DNA of 18,219 nt from Candidatus Hadarchaeota archaeon (lineage in GTDB: Archaea > Hadarchaeota > Hadarchaeia > Hadarchaeales > Hadarchaeaceae): the NCBI GenBank assembly GCA_040755315.1, contig JBFMBF010000024.1, forward strand, positions 1 to 18,219, read 5' to 3'. The notes beneath the pieces were generated by a model. That model did not search any database, was not told the origin of the DNA, and saw only the letters and a program-made list of their open reading frames with translations. The translations under genes and the position numbers were made by a program. Each line of letters opens with the position of its first letter. Position 1 is the first letter of the stretch. Below are positions 1 through 9,465 of the stretch, one piece after another.

Positions 1-74
1 GAGAGGTCGGCGAAAGTAATATTTAAACGTTTTAACAAGCCTGACAATATTATATTGTTTTCAAAGGCGATATC

Positions 75-365
75 ATGAAAAAACAGAACTGGCCCGTCCT
101 CATCTCGCTGTTCTACCCGCTGGTGCTTGCTTTCATGGCTGCCGGGATGCTCGGCTTCATCATGCTGTTGATAAATGTGAATGCTCCCGTGGTCGCGGCT
201 TTTGTCATCTGGTTCTTCTTCATCTGTATTCTGTCGATTTACATTATTTCAAAGAAAGCAATTTCAGCGCTTGGCTACCGGAGGCTTTACCTTGCCATCC
301 TCATCGCAAACGGCCTTCTCGCAATCATCGCCGCGGCAGTTCTGCTTAAAATTTCACTTTTCTGA
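75..365 (+). CDS. Small hydrophobic membrane protein (about 3 predicted TM segments), function unknown
   Basis: 96-aa ATG ORF with three long hydrophobic stretches. AT-rich TATA-like sequence upstream (ATTTAAA 21-27, ATTATATT 49-56). Converges on secD with a 12-nt overlap. Confidence 0.65.
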   Translation: MKKQNWPVLISLFYPLVLAFMAAGMLGFIMLLINVNAPVVAAFVIWFFFICILSIYIISKKAISALGYRRLYLAILIANGLLAIIAAAVLLKISLF

Positions 366-2087
366 ACGGCCGGAAACTGCCAGGTCGAGGACGCGCGCGT
401 AAATCGGCCTCGTGAGAAGAGTGGAAAGAATTGTTGTGCCGATGACCACTATTATGAATCCGCGCAGGGCTTCTATGCCGAGGATGCCGGCCGCTGCCCC
501 CGCGCCTATCGCAAGAATCGCCGCCGTGCGGGCCAGCGCAAGGGCCTTGGGGGCCCTCCAGCCCACGCTCACCTTCGTGCCTTTCGGGATTTCGGCCAGC
601 ATCTCTTCCGTGATCATCAGCAGGCGGTTGATCCCAGCTGCCGAGACCAGAAGAATCGCGAGCAGCTCTGGGAATCCAAAGCTGATGTTTGCTATGGCCA
701 CGAGCCCCAGGCCCATCAGGGTCTCGCAAAGGATGGTCAGCAGAAACCCGATGTCCACCCTGCTGTTCTTGTACTTGCGGTGGATGATCAGTAGGACCAC
801 CCCGACCGCCGCGAGGTAGGCGGCCGCGACCCTGGTCAAAAAGTCTGGGGCAAAACTGGCAGAGATAGTTGAACTGGACGCCAGGACTGTCCTCGCTGGC
901 AGCTCGCTAACGGCAGTTGCCCTTATGAGCCTGGCCTCGTCCCTCGCGCTCGACTCTTTTTCCCCCCATACCGCGAGCACTATGCCGCTGCTTACCCCGT
1001 CGGCCGACATTTCGTTGCTTATGAGGGAGACGGCCTTCATGCCGCACACCCTCCTGAGCCATTGATCGCTGGTCTCTCCGGAGAGCGGCGTGAGGTTCTC
1101 GATATTGTAACCTACTGGGATGTCATTCATGAAGTTGTCCGAGTAATCGCTGTAATTTCCGTACAAGATCACGCGGAATTTTGACCCGACATTTGCAGGC
1201 AAGAATTCCATGGCCGCCGCCGACAGGGAGTCCTTGGAGCTCTTCAGCGCCGTCACTTCCACCCTGTGGTTCATGCTGGTCTCATTGAAGAACATGCCAT
1301 TTTCGTCGTAGGTAAATTCAGTGAGACCCGAGATGAAGGCCGCGTCAACGATAAGGACGGCGTCGACTGGGCGGTCCAGGTATGCCACCAGCGGGCGGTT
1401 CTCCCTGCCCTTCACATACATGTCGACGTTGTCGGAGGATCCCGCAAGAAAGATGAGCGGGAGGCGGGCGAGCTGGTCCACGGCGGACGGCGCATCTATC
1501 CGGCTGATGTCGGAGTTCTTGGCCACCGTCACACCGTCGAGAATCAGCTCGAACCTTCCCTGGGTCGCGACCATGTTCTGGGGGACGGAAAAGCTTGAAT
1601 CAACCGTGGTGCCGTTTTCTCCAAGCGGCTTTATCCTGACGCCGAGCAGCCCGTACTGGTCCAGGCGTCTGGTCAGGGCTGCAGCCATGCGGCCCAATGT
1701 GGACTGGGAAGCCTTGGCCTTGACATCCAGCACCTGCCCAAGTCCTCCGATTAGTGATTGGAGCTGGTCCTTGCTGACGGCGGCCCCGACATCCACCACT
1801 ATCTGCTTTGTCCCTTGGTCCTGCGAGACGAGGAACACCTCGAAGTACCTGTTCAAAGCCCTCTCTATCGAGTTCCAAACTGCGTCGACGTTGTTTTCGG
1901 ATGTCTGGACGGTGGCCTGAGTGGTCTGGGCGTTGATGTAAAGCCTTGTCCCGCCCGAGAACTCTACCCCGAAGTCCACGCCGCGGGCCTGCGGCGCCAG
2001 CCCGGCCGCCGGGTTCCAGACGGCCATGAGCGAGATGAGAACCACGAGCGCGAGGGCAAGGAATCTTCCCTGTCTATAAAGCGGCAT
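354..2087 (-). CDS. secD: Protein translocase subunit SecD-like (divergent)
   Basis: N-terminal TM followed by GVEFSGGT (SecD/F GxDFxGG motif), RRLDQYGL (cf. RxxxxG), a large extracytoplasmic region and five C-terminal TMs. Directly follows a secF-like gene. The ORF is open to 2117; ATG 2087 is preferred because AGGAG lies just upstream and it overlaps secF less. Confidence 0.8.
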   Translation of the reverse strand: MPLYRQGRFLALALVVLISLMAVWNPAAGLAPQARGVDFGVEFSGGTRLYINAQTTQATVQTSENNVDAVWNSIERALNRYFEVFLVSQDQGTKQIVVDVGAAVSKDQLQSLIGGLGQVLDVKAKASQSTLGRMAAALTRRLDQYGLLGVRIKPLGENGTTVDSSFSVPQNMVATQGRFELILDGVTVAKNSDISRIDAPSAVDQLARLPLIFLAGSSDNVDMYVKGRENRPLVAYLDRPVDAVLIVDAAFISGLTEFTYDENGMFFNETSMNHRVEVTALKSSKDSLSAAAMEFLPANVGSKFRVILYGNYSDYSDNFMNDIPVGYNIENLTPLSGETSDQWLRRVCGMKAVSLISNEMSADGVSSGIVLAVWGEKESSARDEARLIRATAVSELPARTVLASSSTISASFAPDFLTRVAAAYLAAVGVVLLIIHRKYKNSRVDIGFLLTILCETLMGLGLVAIANISFGFPELLAILLVSAAGINRLLMITEEMLAEIPKGTKVSVGWRAPKALALARTAAILAIGAGAAAGILGIEALRGFIIVVIGTTILSTLLTRPIYARVLDLAVSGRSEK

Positions 2088-2727
2088 GGTGTTCAACTCC
2101 TGGAGTTCTTTTTCCATACATCGCGAGGATTTCCGCGCCGAGGAACCATGTGTTCAGGATGTTCAATCCGACCCCTGCCAGAAAGATCAGCAGGGCGGGT
2201 AGGATTTGGGCGCTCATGCTCAGGGCGATGACGAATAGGAGCATCAGCGCGGTCGTGCCCCCCATCATGAGGCCGCTCTTCAGGGTCTTCCGGATTTGGT
2301 CTTTTGCAGTGCCGCCTGTGCCAGCCAAGACCCGGGAAGCGACGAGAGCGTTCGAGTCCACGGCATAAATCAACGCGGCGAGGATTGCGGCGAGAGAGGC
2401 CAGGGTGACCTGGATGTTGAGCAGCGCCATGAGCCCCAGTGTTTCCACGGTGTTTGCCCCGACCACAAGCGGGACGGCCCACCCGGCGACTTTGTGTCTG
2501 TGAGAAACAAGCGAGAGGACGCCCACAACAATTACGGCCGCGAGGGCCGCCACCAGGACCTGCTGGACCTGCGAGGCCTTCACGAGTGTTTCGCCGTCGA
2601 ACTCCACCCCTATCGAGAGGCCGCCGCTTGCGAGCGCCAGGGCCAGCGGGATGGACAGGAGAATCAGGACTAGGATCGGCACAAATATCCGCCTGTCGGT
2701 TTTCCTCTCATGCTTCAGAGGCGTCAC
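2074..2727 (-). CDS. secF: Protein translocase subunit SecF-like (short, about 217 aa)
   Basis: 3' part of the 2074..3504 ORF (the upstream part is the antisense shadow of trmI). GLSIGVEFDGET motif after TM1, YAVDSNAL in a TM (cf. archaeal GYSVDTDIL), NILNTWFL near the C-terminus. GTG 2727 is preceded by purine-rich AAGGAAGGGGG. Confidence 0.75.
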   Translation of the reverse strand: MTPLKHERKTDRRIFVPILVLILLSIPLALALASGGLSIGVEFDGETLVKASQVQQVLVAALAAVIVVGVLSLVSHRHKVAGWAVPLVVGANTVETLGLMALLNIQVTLASLAAILAALIYAVDSNALVASRVLAGTGGTAKDQIRKTLKSGLMMGGTTALMLLFVIALSMSAQILPALLIFLAGVGLNILNTWFLGAEILAMYGKRTPGVEHHAAL

Positions 2728-2754
2728 TTCATCCCCCTTCCTTTTTAGACCGCG

Positions 2755-2765
2755 AGTATATAACG
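2755..2765. promoter_or_regulatory. Probable shared/bidirectional TATA box between divergent secF and trmI
   Basis: TATATAA at 2757-2763 is the only TATA-like run in the 54-nt intergenic gap. It lies about 19 nt before the trmI ATG and about 30 nt before the secF GTG. Confidence 0.5.
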
Positions 2766-2781
2766 GCTCAGCGGTGCCGGA

Positions 2782-3537
2782 ATGTTCAAGGATGGAGAGA
2801 GGGTTCTGCTGCTGGACGAGCGTGGGAGGAAGTACCTGGTCAGGGTGGAGACCAAAAAGCTCCACACGACTTTCGGGGTCGTTGACATATCTGATGTTAT
2901 AGGGAAAGAGCCAGGCGCGGTCTTGAAGTCTCACATTGGGAAGGAGTTCCTTGCGCTCAGGCCGTCGGTGGCGGATGTCCTGCAGAAGATTCGGCGGGTC
3001 CCTCAGATAATGCTCCCTAAGGATGCGGCGCAGATAGTCGCGCACACTGGGGTGGGTCCGGGGAGCCTTGTCGTGGACGCGGGGGCGGGCTCCGGCGCCC
3101 TGGCTATTTTCCTCGGGAATTTGGTGAGGCCCGACGGCAGGGTCGTGAGCTACGAGGTCAGGGAGGACTTTGCCAAGGTAGCTGAGGAGAACATCAAGCT
3201 TGCAGGCCTCGGCGAAATCATCACTATAAAGCTGAAGGATGTCTGTCAGGGGATAGACGAGCGGGGGGTCGACTTGGTGACACTTGACATCCCGCAGCCG
3301 GAAGATGCGCTCCCCCACGCCGAGGCAGCTCTGAGGGTTGGAGGCCATCTCGCGTCTTTTGTCCCCTGCGTAGAGCAGCTGCAGAAGCTCCACCTGGAGA
3401 TCCGGAACTTCCGCTTCAGAGATTTGAAGACAATAGAGTGCCTGGTGAGAGAGATGAAGGTGGCCCCAGAGTGCACGAGGCCCAGCAACAGGATGATATC
3501 CCATACAGGCTACCTGACTTTCGCGCGGCTGGTGTAA
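2782..3537 (+). CDS. trmI: tRNA (adenine-N1, m1A57/58)-methyltransferase, TrmI/Gcd14 family
   Basis: RRVPQIMLPKDAA, SAM-binding VVDAGAGSGAL, YEVREDF, LDIPQP, FVPCVEQ and C-terminal RPSNRMISHTGYLTFAR are characteristic TrmI motifs. Confidence 0.95.
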   Translation: MFKDGERVLLLDERGRKYLVRVETKKLHTTFGVVDISDVIGKEPGAVLKSHIGKEFLALRPSVADVLQKIRRVPQIMLPKDAAQIVAHTGVGPGSLVVDAGAGSGALAIFLGNLVRPDGRVVSYEVREDFAKVAEENIKLAGLGEIITIKLKDVCQGIDERGVDLVTLDIPQPEDALPHAEAALRVGGHLASFVPCVEQLQKLHLEIRNFRFRDLKTIECLVREMKVAPECTRPSNRMISHTGYLTFARLV

Positions 3538-4130
3538 ATGACAGAAAAAAGATTCTGTTGGGCGTTGGGACCATAGTTATCGTGGTAATCTTGGCGGTCG
3601 TCCTGCCATTTTTTAGCGGCGCTCTAACAGGAAGAAAGAACCCGGCGGATGTTTTGCTGAAATCAAGCGACCTGTCAAACAACTTCCAACCAACGGCGGA
3701 CAACAAAATATACGTGAACATGACTGACAATGTGGAACCACAGGGCGAGGCAGGTTACAGTAGAACATTTGAATTTCATTCGTATTTTGTGGGTACGGTT
3801 CAATTGGAATCAACCGCGATTAGGTACGATTCAGCAGGGCATGCGGGCAGCGCTTTTAGTAGCATGCGTTCACAGCTTTCAGGTTCTGGTTTCACTATTG
3901 TGTCCGGTTCACAAATCGGCGACGAGTCTGTTTTTGGAAAGAGCAATCAGTACGGTTGGTGGGTATACACCTTTAGAAAACAGAACTTCATCGCCACGGT
4001 TTCCGTTATCAATCTAGGCGGCACTGAAAACTTCACTGTAAGAACTGGCGTTGTTGTCGGCGTTACAGGGAACGAAATTCTACAGGCAGAGATTGAGAGT
4101 TACGCTCAGATAATGAAAAATCGGATTTAA
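3538..4130 (+). CDS. Membrane-anchored/secreted hypothetical protein; start uncertain
   Basis: The frame of ORF 3438..4130 has KKILLGVGTIVIVVILAVVLPFF (signal/anchor) followed by a soluble domain. Visibly lower GC than its neighbours. ATG 3538 is out of frame by one base; the first in-frame start after trmI is TTG 3558. Confidence 0.65.
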
Positions 4131-4132
4131 TT

Positions 4133-4525
4133 TCAGACTTTCTTTGCCTTGAACCCGTAGTAGATGACGCCGTCCTCCCCGTCCTGCCCCATCCGCCTGA
4201 ACACCATCTCAACCTCGTCGCCAATCTTCACGTCCGCTGGATTGCAGTCTGTGACTTGGGCTGTGAGGCGTGGACCATCCGCAAGCTCGACCACAGCTAG
4301 GGAGTAGGGGGCCTGATCTTCGAAGCCGCTGGCTGCCGCATGAATAGTTGTGTAAGTGATTATCTTCCCCCGCGGGTTGAGTTTGTAAGGCTCGAGCTTA
4401 CCCGTCCGCCTGCAGTAAGGACATATGAACCTGGGAGGGAACATCACCTTGTTACAGTTGCCGCACTTCGTCCCTATCAGGTTGTACCTGTTTGGAATCT
4501 CCCTCCAGAACCTCGCAACCGCCAT
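4133..4525 (-). CDS. DUF35-family Zn-ribbon/OB-fold protein (thiolase-HMGCS scaffold)
   Basis: MAVARFWRE..., CGNC...FPPR..CPYC zinc ribbon, C-terminal FRRM...G.IYYGFK. Start overlaps the thiolase stop (TGATG). Confidence 0.93.
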   Translation of the reverse strand: MAVARFWREIPNRYNLIGTKCGNCNKVMFPPRFICPYCRRTGKLEPYKLNPRGKIITYTTIHAAASGFEDQAPYSLAVVELADGPRLTAQVTDCNPADVKIGDEVEMVFRRMGQDGEDGVIYYGFKAKKV

Positions 4526-5688
4526 CAGTCCCCCCTCCTCAAGATGTGCACGACGGCGGTCCCGCCTGAGCCCCCGACATTGTGCGCAAGCCCTACCTCG
4601 GCGCCTGTGACCTGCCTCTTCCCGGCCTCTCCCCTGAGCTGTAGCGTTAGCTCTACCGCTTGGGCAATGCCAGTGGCGCCCACTGGGTGGCCCTTCCCCT
4701 TGAGGCCGCCGCTGGAGTTCACAGGTATCTTCCCGCCTATGGCAGTCACGCCTTCCTCGGTGATCTTGCCCCCTTCTCCCTTCTTGCAAAAGCCCAGGTC
4801 CTCCACTGCCATTATTTCGGCTATCGTGAAGCAGTCGTGCACCTCGGCCAAGTCTATGTCTTTTGGCTCCACTCCCGCCTTTTTGTAAGCCATCTTCGAC
4901 GCCTCGACGGTCGCCGTCAGGCTTGTGAGTGAAGGCCGGCTGTGGAGGGAGATGTAATCGCTGGCCTGCCCCGTGCCCGCCACAAGTATCGGGGTGTCCG
5001 TGAAGTTCCTCGCCTTTTCTGCCGGAGCCAGGATCACGCAGGCCCCGCCGTCAGTTATCGGCGAGCAGTCCAGCAGTTTAAGCGGCAGGCTCACCGGCGC
5101 GGACTTCATGACGGTGTCTATCTTGATGTCCATGTGGTACTGGGCGCAAGGGTTGAAGCACGCGTTGTGGTGATTTTTTACCGCCACGGCCGCCATCTGC
5201 TCCTCGGTGGTCCCGAACTCGTACATGTGCCTCGTGGCCATCAGACCATAAAGCCCCGGGAATGTCGCCCCCTGGTAGACCTCCCACTCCTGGTCGGCAG
5301 CTGTAGCCAGCGCCCCCGTGGCCTCCTCAGACAGCACGTCCGTCATCTTCTCTATCCCGGCCGCCACCACGAAATCATGGAGACCAGACGCCACGGCTAT
5401 CACGGACTGCCTGAGCGCCAGGCCACCCGAGGCGCAGGCCCCTTCAACCCGCGTGGAAGGGATGTGAACCAGCCCCGCGTGGTCAGCAATTATTGAGCCG
5501 ATGTGCTCCTGCTTTATGAACTGCCCCCCGGACATGTTCCCGACGTACATGGCGTCGAGCTGCTTCCCGTCTATCCCGGCGTCCTCAATGGCCCTCACGC
5601 CGGCCTCGAGCATCATCTCCCTGAAGGAGATGTCCCACAGCTCCCCGAACTTTGTGAGCCCGACCCCGATTATGGCAACGTCCCTCAT
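4525..5688 (-). CDS. Acetyl-CoA acetyltransferase (archaeal acetoacetyl-CoA thiolase)
   Basis: EGACASG (catalytic Cys), [21 protein letters not shown] and HNVGG motifs; lies between HMG-CoA synthase and DUF35. Confidence 0.95.
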   Translation of the reverse strand: MRDVAIIGVGLTKFGELWDISFREMMLEAGVRAIEDAGIDGKQLDAMYVGNMSGGQFIKQEHIGSIIADHAGLVHIPSTRVEGACASGGLALRQSVIAVASGLHDFVVAAGIEKMTDVLSEEATGALATAADQEWEVYQGATFPGLYGLMATRHMYEFGTTEEQMAAVAVKNHHNACFNPCAQYHMDIKIDTVMKSAPVSLPLKLLDCSPITDGGACVILAPAEKARNFTDTPILVAGTGQASDYISLHSRPSLTSLTATVEASKMAYKKAGVEPKDIDLAEVHDCFTIAEIMAVEDLGFCKKGEGGKITEEGVTAIGGKIPVNSSGGLKGKGHPVGATGIAQAVELTLQLRGEAGKRQVTGAEVGLAHNVGGSGGTAVVHILRRGD

Positions 5689-6750
5689 TCACCTCACCAG
5701 CAGCCTCTTGTATTTTGCATATGTCGAGTAGTCGATGTAAACCTTGTTGTTGATGTAGTCGGCGGTTTTCGGCGCAAGGTCCCGCCTGTCCACGATGGCA
5801 TCTTTGACCGTTATGCTGAAGGCGTCGCTCCCCGCCCCCGAGCCATATGACACCACGAGAATCCTGTCTCCGGCTTTCGCTTCGTCCAGGACAGCTGCCA
5901 GCCCCATCATGGATGCCGCGGAGTAGGTGTTCCCTATCTTTGGCGTCAGGAGCCCCGTCGTCACCTGCTCCTTGGAGAAACCCAGCTCCTCGGCCGCCTG
6001 TAGTGGGAACTTCCCGTTCGGCTGGTGGAAGACGGCGTAGGTGAAATCTTGGGGGGTGAGCTTGAGCCTCCTGAGCAGGCCGTGGGCCGCCGACAGGACA
6101 TGCTTGAAATAGGCCGGCTTCCCTGTGAACCTCCCGCCGTGCTTCGGATAGGGCCTCATCTCTCGCCTCCAGAAGTCGGGGGTGTCTGTGGTGTATGAGA
6201 ATGTCCCGTCTATTGAGGCGATTGCTTCCACCCCGTTGCTACCGACGAGGAAGGCAGCCCCCCCGGCGGCGGCAGTGTACTCCAGGGCATCGCCCGGGGC
6301 GCCCTGTGAAGTGTCCGTGCCTATCCCCATCCCATAGTTGATTATTTTGGCGCCGACCGAACCCATGCAGGCCTGGAGTCCCGCCGTCCCGGCCTTGCAG
6401 GCGAACTCGTAGTCTGCGGCGGTCAGGTTGGGTGTCGCCTCTATGGCCTCTGCGACGATTGTGGCCGTCGGCTTCACGGCGTACGGGTGGGATTCAGATC
6501 CAACGTAGATTGCGCCTATATCGGCAGGGTTTATCCCGGCCCTCTTCAAGGCGTTCCTCGCGGCTTCCACAGCTATTGTCGCCGAGTCCTCGTCGGGGCC
6601 CGGGACAGATTTCTCGGTAACAAGGAGGCCGTGCTTTATCCTCTGGGGGTCCTCGCCCCAGACCTTCGCGATTTCTTCCACTTTTATCCTGTATTTAGGG
6701 ATGTAGACTCCGTACCCGATTATACCTACTTCTGGCGGCAAAAAATCCAA
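5689..6750 (-). CDS. mvaS: Hydroxymethylglutaryl-CoA synthase (archaeal type)
   Basis: [19 protein letters not shown] (catalytic Cys), [38 protein letters not shown] start at 6750 or 6741 (GAGGT is better spaced for 6741). Confidence 0.96.
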   Translation of the reverse strand: MDFLPPEVGIIGYGVYIPKYRIKVEEIAKVWGEDPQRIKHGLLVTEKSVPGPDEDSATIAVEAARNALKRAGINPADIGAIYVGSESHPYAVKPTATIVAEAIEATPNLTAADYEFACKAGTAGLQACMGSVGAKIINYGMGIGTDTSQGAPGDALEYTAAAGGAAFLVGSNGVEAIASIDGTFSYTTDTPDFWRREMRPYPKHGGRFTGKPAYFKHVLSAAHGLLRRLKLTPQDFTYAVFHQPNGKFPLQAAEELGFSKEQVTTGLLTPKIGNTYSAASMMGLAAVLDEAKAGDRILVVSYGSGAGSDAFSITVKDAIVDRRDLAPKTADYINNKVYIDYSTYAKYKRLLVR

Positions 6751-6782
6751 CCTCTGATTTTTGTCTTAATGCTCTGGAACGG

Positions 6783-6797
6783 CTTAAATACCTTTCG
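6783..6797 (-). promoter_or_regulatory. BRE/TATA-like promoter for the HMGCS-thiolase-DUF35 operon
   Basis: Minus strand reads CGAAAGG TATTTAAG about 33 nt upstream of the HMGCS start. Confidence 0.55.
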
Positions 6798-6829
6798 AGT
6801 GTCGGATAAAGAATCGTCGAACGCCGTAA

Positions 6830-7540
6830 TCAAGGGGAGCATTTTCTCAGGTTTGATATCAGGTCGACCACCGTGGGCAGGCGGGAGATCACGAGGGGCA
6901 CCTTGAGGAGCTGGGCGATCTTTATCCCGAGGGGATCCACTTCCTTCAGGTCGCCGTGGAGGACGACCATCCCCGGGGTTATCCCTATCACCCTGATGGC
7001 CACCATTGGGGAGCGGCCGGCCGTCACCCCGGTGAACGCCAGGACCCTCTCGGTCGTCATGCCGTAGATGCGCCTGAAGTCCTCGGGGGACATGCTGATG
7101 ATGGCCTTGTAGCTGTCGATAGCGGTATAGCCGAAAAGCTTCTGCTCCATGAACTCCTTCCCGGAGACGACCTCGCCGTTCACGGCCTTGGCGACGGCCT
7201 TGCCATCGACCGGCTGGCGGTATTCCCTTATCTCCAGCACGACATCCGGCGGGAGCTGGGTGCCGAAGGCGTGGGAGAACGTCCGGCTGACCTCGCCTCC
7301 CCTTTCCTCGTCCAGCTTGAGCAGGGCTTCTGTGATGCGCTTGATGGTGGTTGCCCCGGGGGACTTCCTTCTGCTGGCCTCGTAGTCGCTGACCACGGAG
7401 GGGGAGACCCTGATGGCCTTTGCAAGCTCCGTCTGGTTGACGTCGAACCTTTCCCGCCACCTCTTTATGGTCTCTCCCGGGTTGCCTGAGAGGGCGATGT
7501 CGCCGGCAATCCACTTCATTATCCTTTCTTTTTCTTCCAT
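6830..7540 (-). CDS. Archaeal XRE-type HTH transcriptional regulator (COG1709-like)
   Basis: IAGDIALSGNPGETIKRWRE...QTELA...SPSVVSDYE..RRKSPG HTH, plus GYT.IDS, IYG.TTER and GRSPMVAIRV, typical of this archaeal family. Confidence 0.85.
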   Translation of the reverse strand: MEEKERIMKWIAGDIALSGNPGETIKRWRERFDVNQTELAKAIRVSPSVVSDYEASRRKSPGATTIKRITEALLKLDEERGGEVSRTFSHAFGTQLPPDVVLEIREYRQPVDGKAVAKAVNGEVVSGKEFMEQKLFGYTAIDSYKAIISMSPEDFRRIYGMTTERVLAFTGVTAGRSPMVAIRVIGITPGMVVLHGDLKEVDPLGIKIAQLLKVPLVISRLPTVVDLISNLRKCSP

Positions 7541-7551
7541 TGTTCCACCAT

Positions 7552-8127
7552 TCAGGCGGACCTCTCCCTGCCCCTGAGCTTGAAGATGTCCGCCCTCGTC
7601 ACTATGCCGACGGCGCTGCCACGGTCCACAACAAGCACCGCCAGCTCCTGCTCCAGAAGCCTGTAGATGACGTCCACGTTTTCATCAGGCCCGACCGACG
7701 GGAAGGGCCTGCCGAGCAGCTTCTCCACGCTCATCTTGAAAAGGACCCTCATGTCGTCGCCAGTGGCAACCCTCTGGATTATCGTGGACTCGGAGATTGT
7801 GCCGACCTGGACGCCGCCGTTCAGCACCGGGAGCTGGGAGATCTTGTGGCTCTCCATGAGCCTGACCGCCCGCGCCACCTTGTCGGATGGCCTGACGGAG
7901 ATCACGGGGGATGACATTATCCTGCTGACGGGTGCCGCCTCCTTTGAGAACACACGGTCGATGGCGTCCGAAATCCTCACGAGGGTGGAGACCCTTGGGT
8001 CGGCCCCGCCGGATTCTATCTTCGCGATGTAGGCCTGGGTCACACCAGCCATCTCGGCGAGCTTTGACTGGGTCAGGCCGGCCCTTAACCTAGCCGGCTT
8101 GACTTCCGAAGGTCTGAGGACACCCAT
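7552..8127 (-). CDS. HTH_3 plus tandem CBS domain transcriptional regulator (COG3620-like)
   Basis: RLRAGLTQSKLAEMAGVTQAYIAKIESG..DPRVSTL HTH, then CBS repeats (IMSSPVISV...ISQLPV...VGTISE; VLVVD...VGIVTRADI). Confidence 0.9.
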   Translation of the reverse strand: MGVLRPSEVKPARLRAGLTQSKLAEMAGVTQAYIAKIESGGADPRVSTLVRISDAIDRVFSKEAAPVSRIMSSPVISVRPSDKVARAVRLMESHKISQLPVLNGGVQVGTISESTIIQRVATGDDMRVLFKMSVEKLLGRPFPSVGPDENVDVIYRLLEQELAVLVVDRGSAVGIVTRADIFKLRGRERSA

Positions 8128-8147
8128 CAGAGCACCTATTCCTATGC

Positions 8148-8175
8148 GTTATATCTCCGGCAAACTTTAAATACT
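8148..8175. promoter_or_regulatory. Back-to-back TATA boxes for the CBS regulator (-) and mat (+)
   Basis: TTATAT at 8149-8154 about 22 nt from the regulator ATG; TTTAAATA at 8166-8173 about 25-35 nt before the mat start. Confidence 0.55.
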
Positions 8176-8198
8176 TCGGCCCCAAATTCCGCCGGACG

Positions 8199-9416
8199 GT
8201 GACTCGCTTGCAAAGAAACATCGTGGTCGAAGAGTTCAAACAGACGCCGCTCGAGGACCAGGCTTTCGAGGTGGTGGAGAGGAAGGGGCTCGGCCACCCA
8301 GACACAATTTGCGACTCCATACTGGACAGGGTGTCTGTGGAGCTGAGCGTCGAGTATCTGAAGAAGTTTGGGAACATCCTGCACCATAACGCTGACAAGT
8401 CCCTGCTCGTGGCGGGGGAGGTCGAGACGAGGTTCGGTGGCGGAATGGTGAAACAGCCGATGCTCATGATATTCGGCGACAGGGCCACGAACAGGGTGGA
8501 CGACAAAAATATTGACGTGGACAAGATTGCCATCGGCGCCGCGAAGAAGTGGATAAAGGAGAACCTCAGGTTTGTCGACCCCACCAAACACATGAAGTAC
8601 CAGGTGGAGCTGAAGCCGGGGTCGGCGGCGCTCACGGACATCTTCAGGCGCGGAGGGAAGCTACTGAGCGCCAACGACACGTCTGCGGCCGTCGGGTATG
8701 CCCCGATGAGCCCGACCGAGCAGATAGTGCTGAAGACCGAGCAGTACCTCAACTCGAAGAAGTTCAAGAAGGAGTTCCCCGCGGTAGGCGAGGACATCAA
8801 GGTCATGGGATTCAGGACGCACAACAACCTCTCCCTGACGGTCGGGGCGGCTTTCGTGGACAGGTTTGTCGATGGGGAGGACGATTACTTCCGGATCAAG
8901 GGCGAGGTTTTTGAGAGTCTGAGGAAGTTCCTGGACGAGAACACCGAGTTCAACGTTGATTTGAAATTGAACACCCTGGACGTCAAGGGCCGCGGCGTGG
9001 ACGGCGTTTACCTGACTGTCTTGGGCACGAGCGCGGACGGCGCGGACTCGGGCCAGGTCGGGAGGGGCAACAGGGCGAACGGCGTCATCCCCCTGAACAG
9101 GCACACAGGCTCCGAGGCCGCCGCGGGGAAGAACCCCGTGAGCCACGTCGGGAAGATATACAACCTTCTGACACACAAAATTGCGAACGAGATTCACACG
9201 AATGTCTCGGGGCTCCGGGAAGTCTACGTCTGGCTGGTGAGCCAGATAGGGCAGTCGATCGACCAGCCGGCAGTCGCGACCGCGCAGGTCATCCCGGCCA
9301 AGGGCACTTCCATGGCGGAGGTCAAGAGGAAGGTGTCCGATGTTGTGGACTCCGAGCTCGAGGACATAGGCGAGTTCTGCAGGTGCTTGGCCGAGGGCAA
9401 GTACTCCGTCTGCTGA
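8199..9416 (+). CDS. mat: S-adenosylmethionine synthetase, archaeal type
   Basis: EVVERKGLGHPDTICD, HHNADK, ANDTS, GEDIKVMG, YLTVLGTSA...DSGQVGRGNRANG, EAAAGKNPVSHVGKIYN. The true start may be TTG 8208 (GGTGA at 8198-8202). Confidence 0.97.
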   Translation: MTRLQRNIVVEEFKQTPLEDQAFEVVERKGLGHPDTICDSILDRVSVELSVEYLKKFGNILHHNADKSLLVAGEVETRFGGGMVKQPMLMIFGDRATNRVDDKNIDVDKIAIGAAKKWIKENLRFVDPTKHMKYQVELKPGSAALTDIFRRGGKLLSANDTSAAVGYAPMSPTEQIVLKTEQYLNSKKFKKEFPAVGEDIKVMGFRTHNNLSLTVGAAFVDRFVDGEDDYFRIKGEVFESLRKFLDENTEFNVDLKLNTLDVKGRGVDGVYLTVLGTSADGADSGQVGRGNRANGVIPLNRHTGSEAAAGKNPVSHVGKIYNLLTHKIANEIHTNVSGLREVYVWLVSQIGQSIDQPAVATAQVIPAKGTSMAEVKRKVSDVVDSELEDIGEFCRCLAEGKYSVC

Positions 9417-9465
9417 GCTGGCTGCATAAATTTTTATCGAGCCAGAGCGGTTGTTTTTTGATTGC

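Noticed and set aside
2728..3504. Long N-terminal extension of the 476-aa ORF 2074..3504 (apparent SecF fusion)
   Set aside because: It is the antisense shadow of trmI; SecF-like sequence starts only near 2727.
4526..4789. N-terminal extension of the DUF35 ORF
   Set aside because: It overlaps thiolase in another frame; the family start MAVARFW is at 4525.
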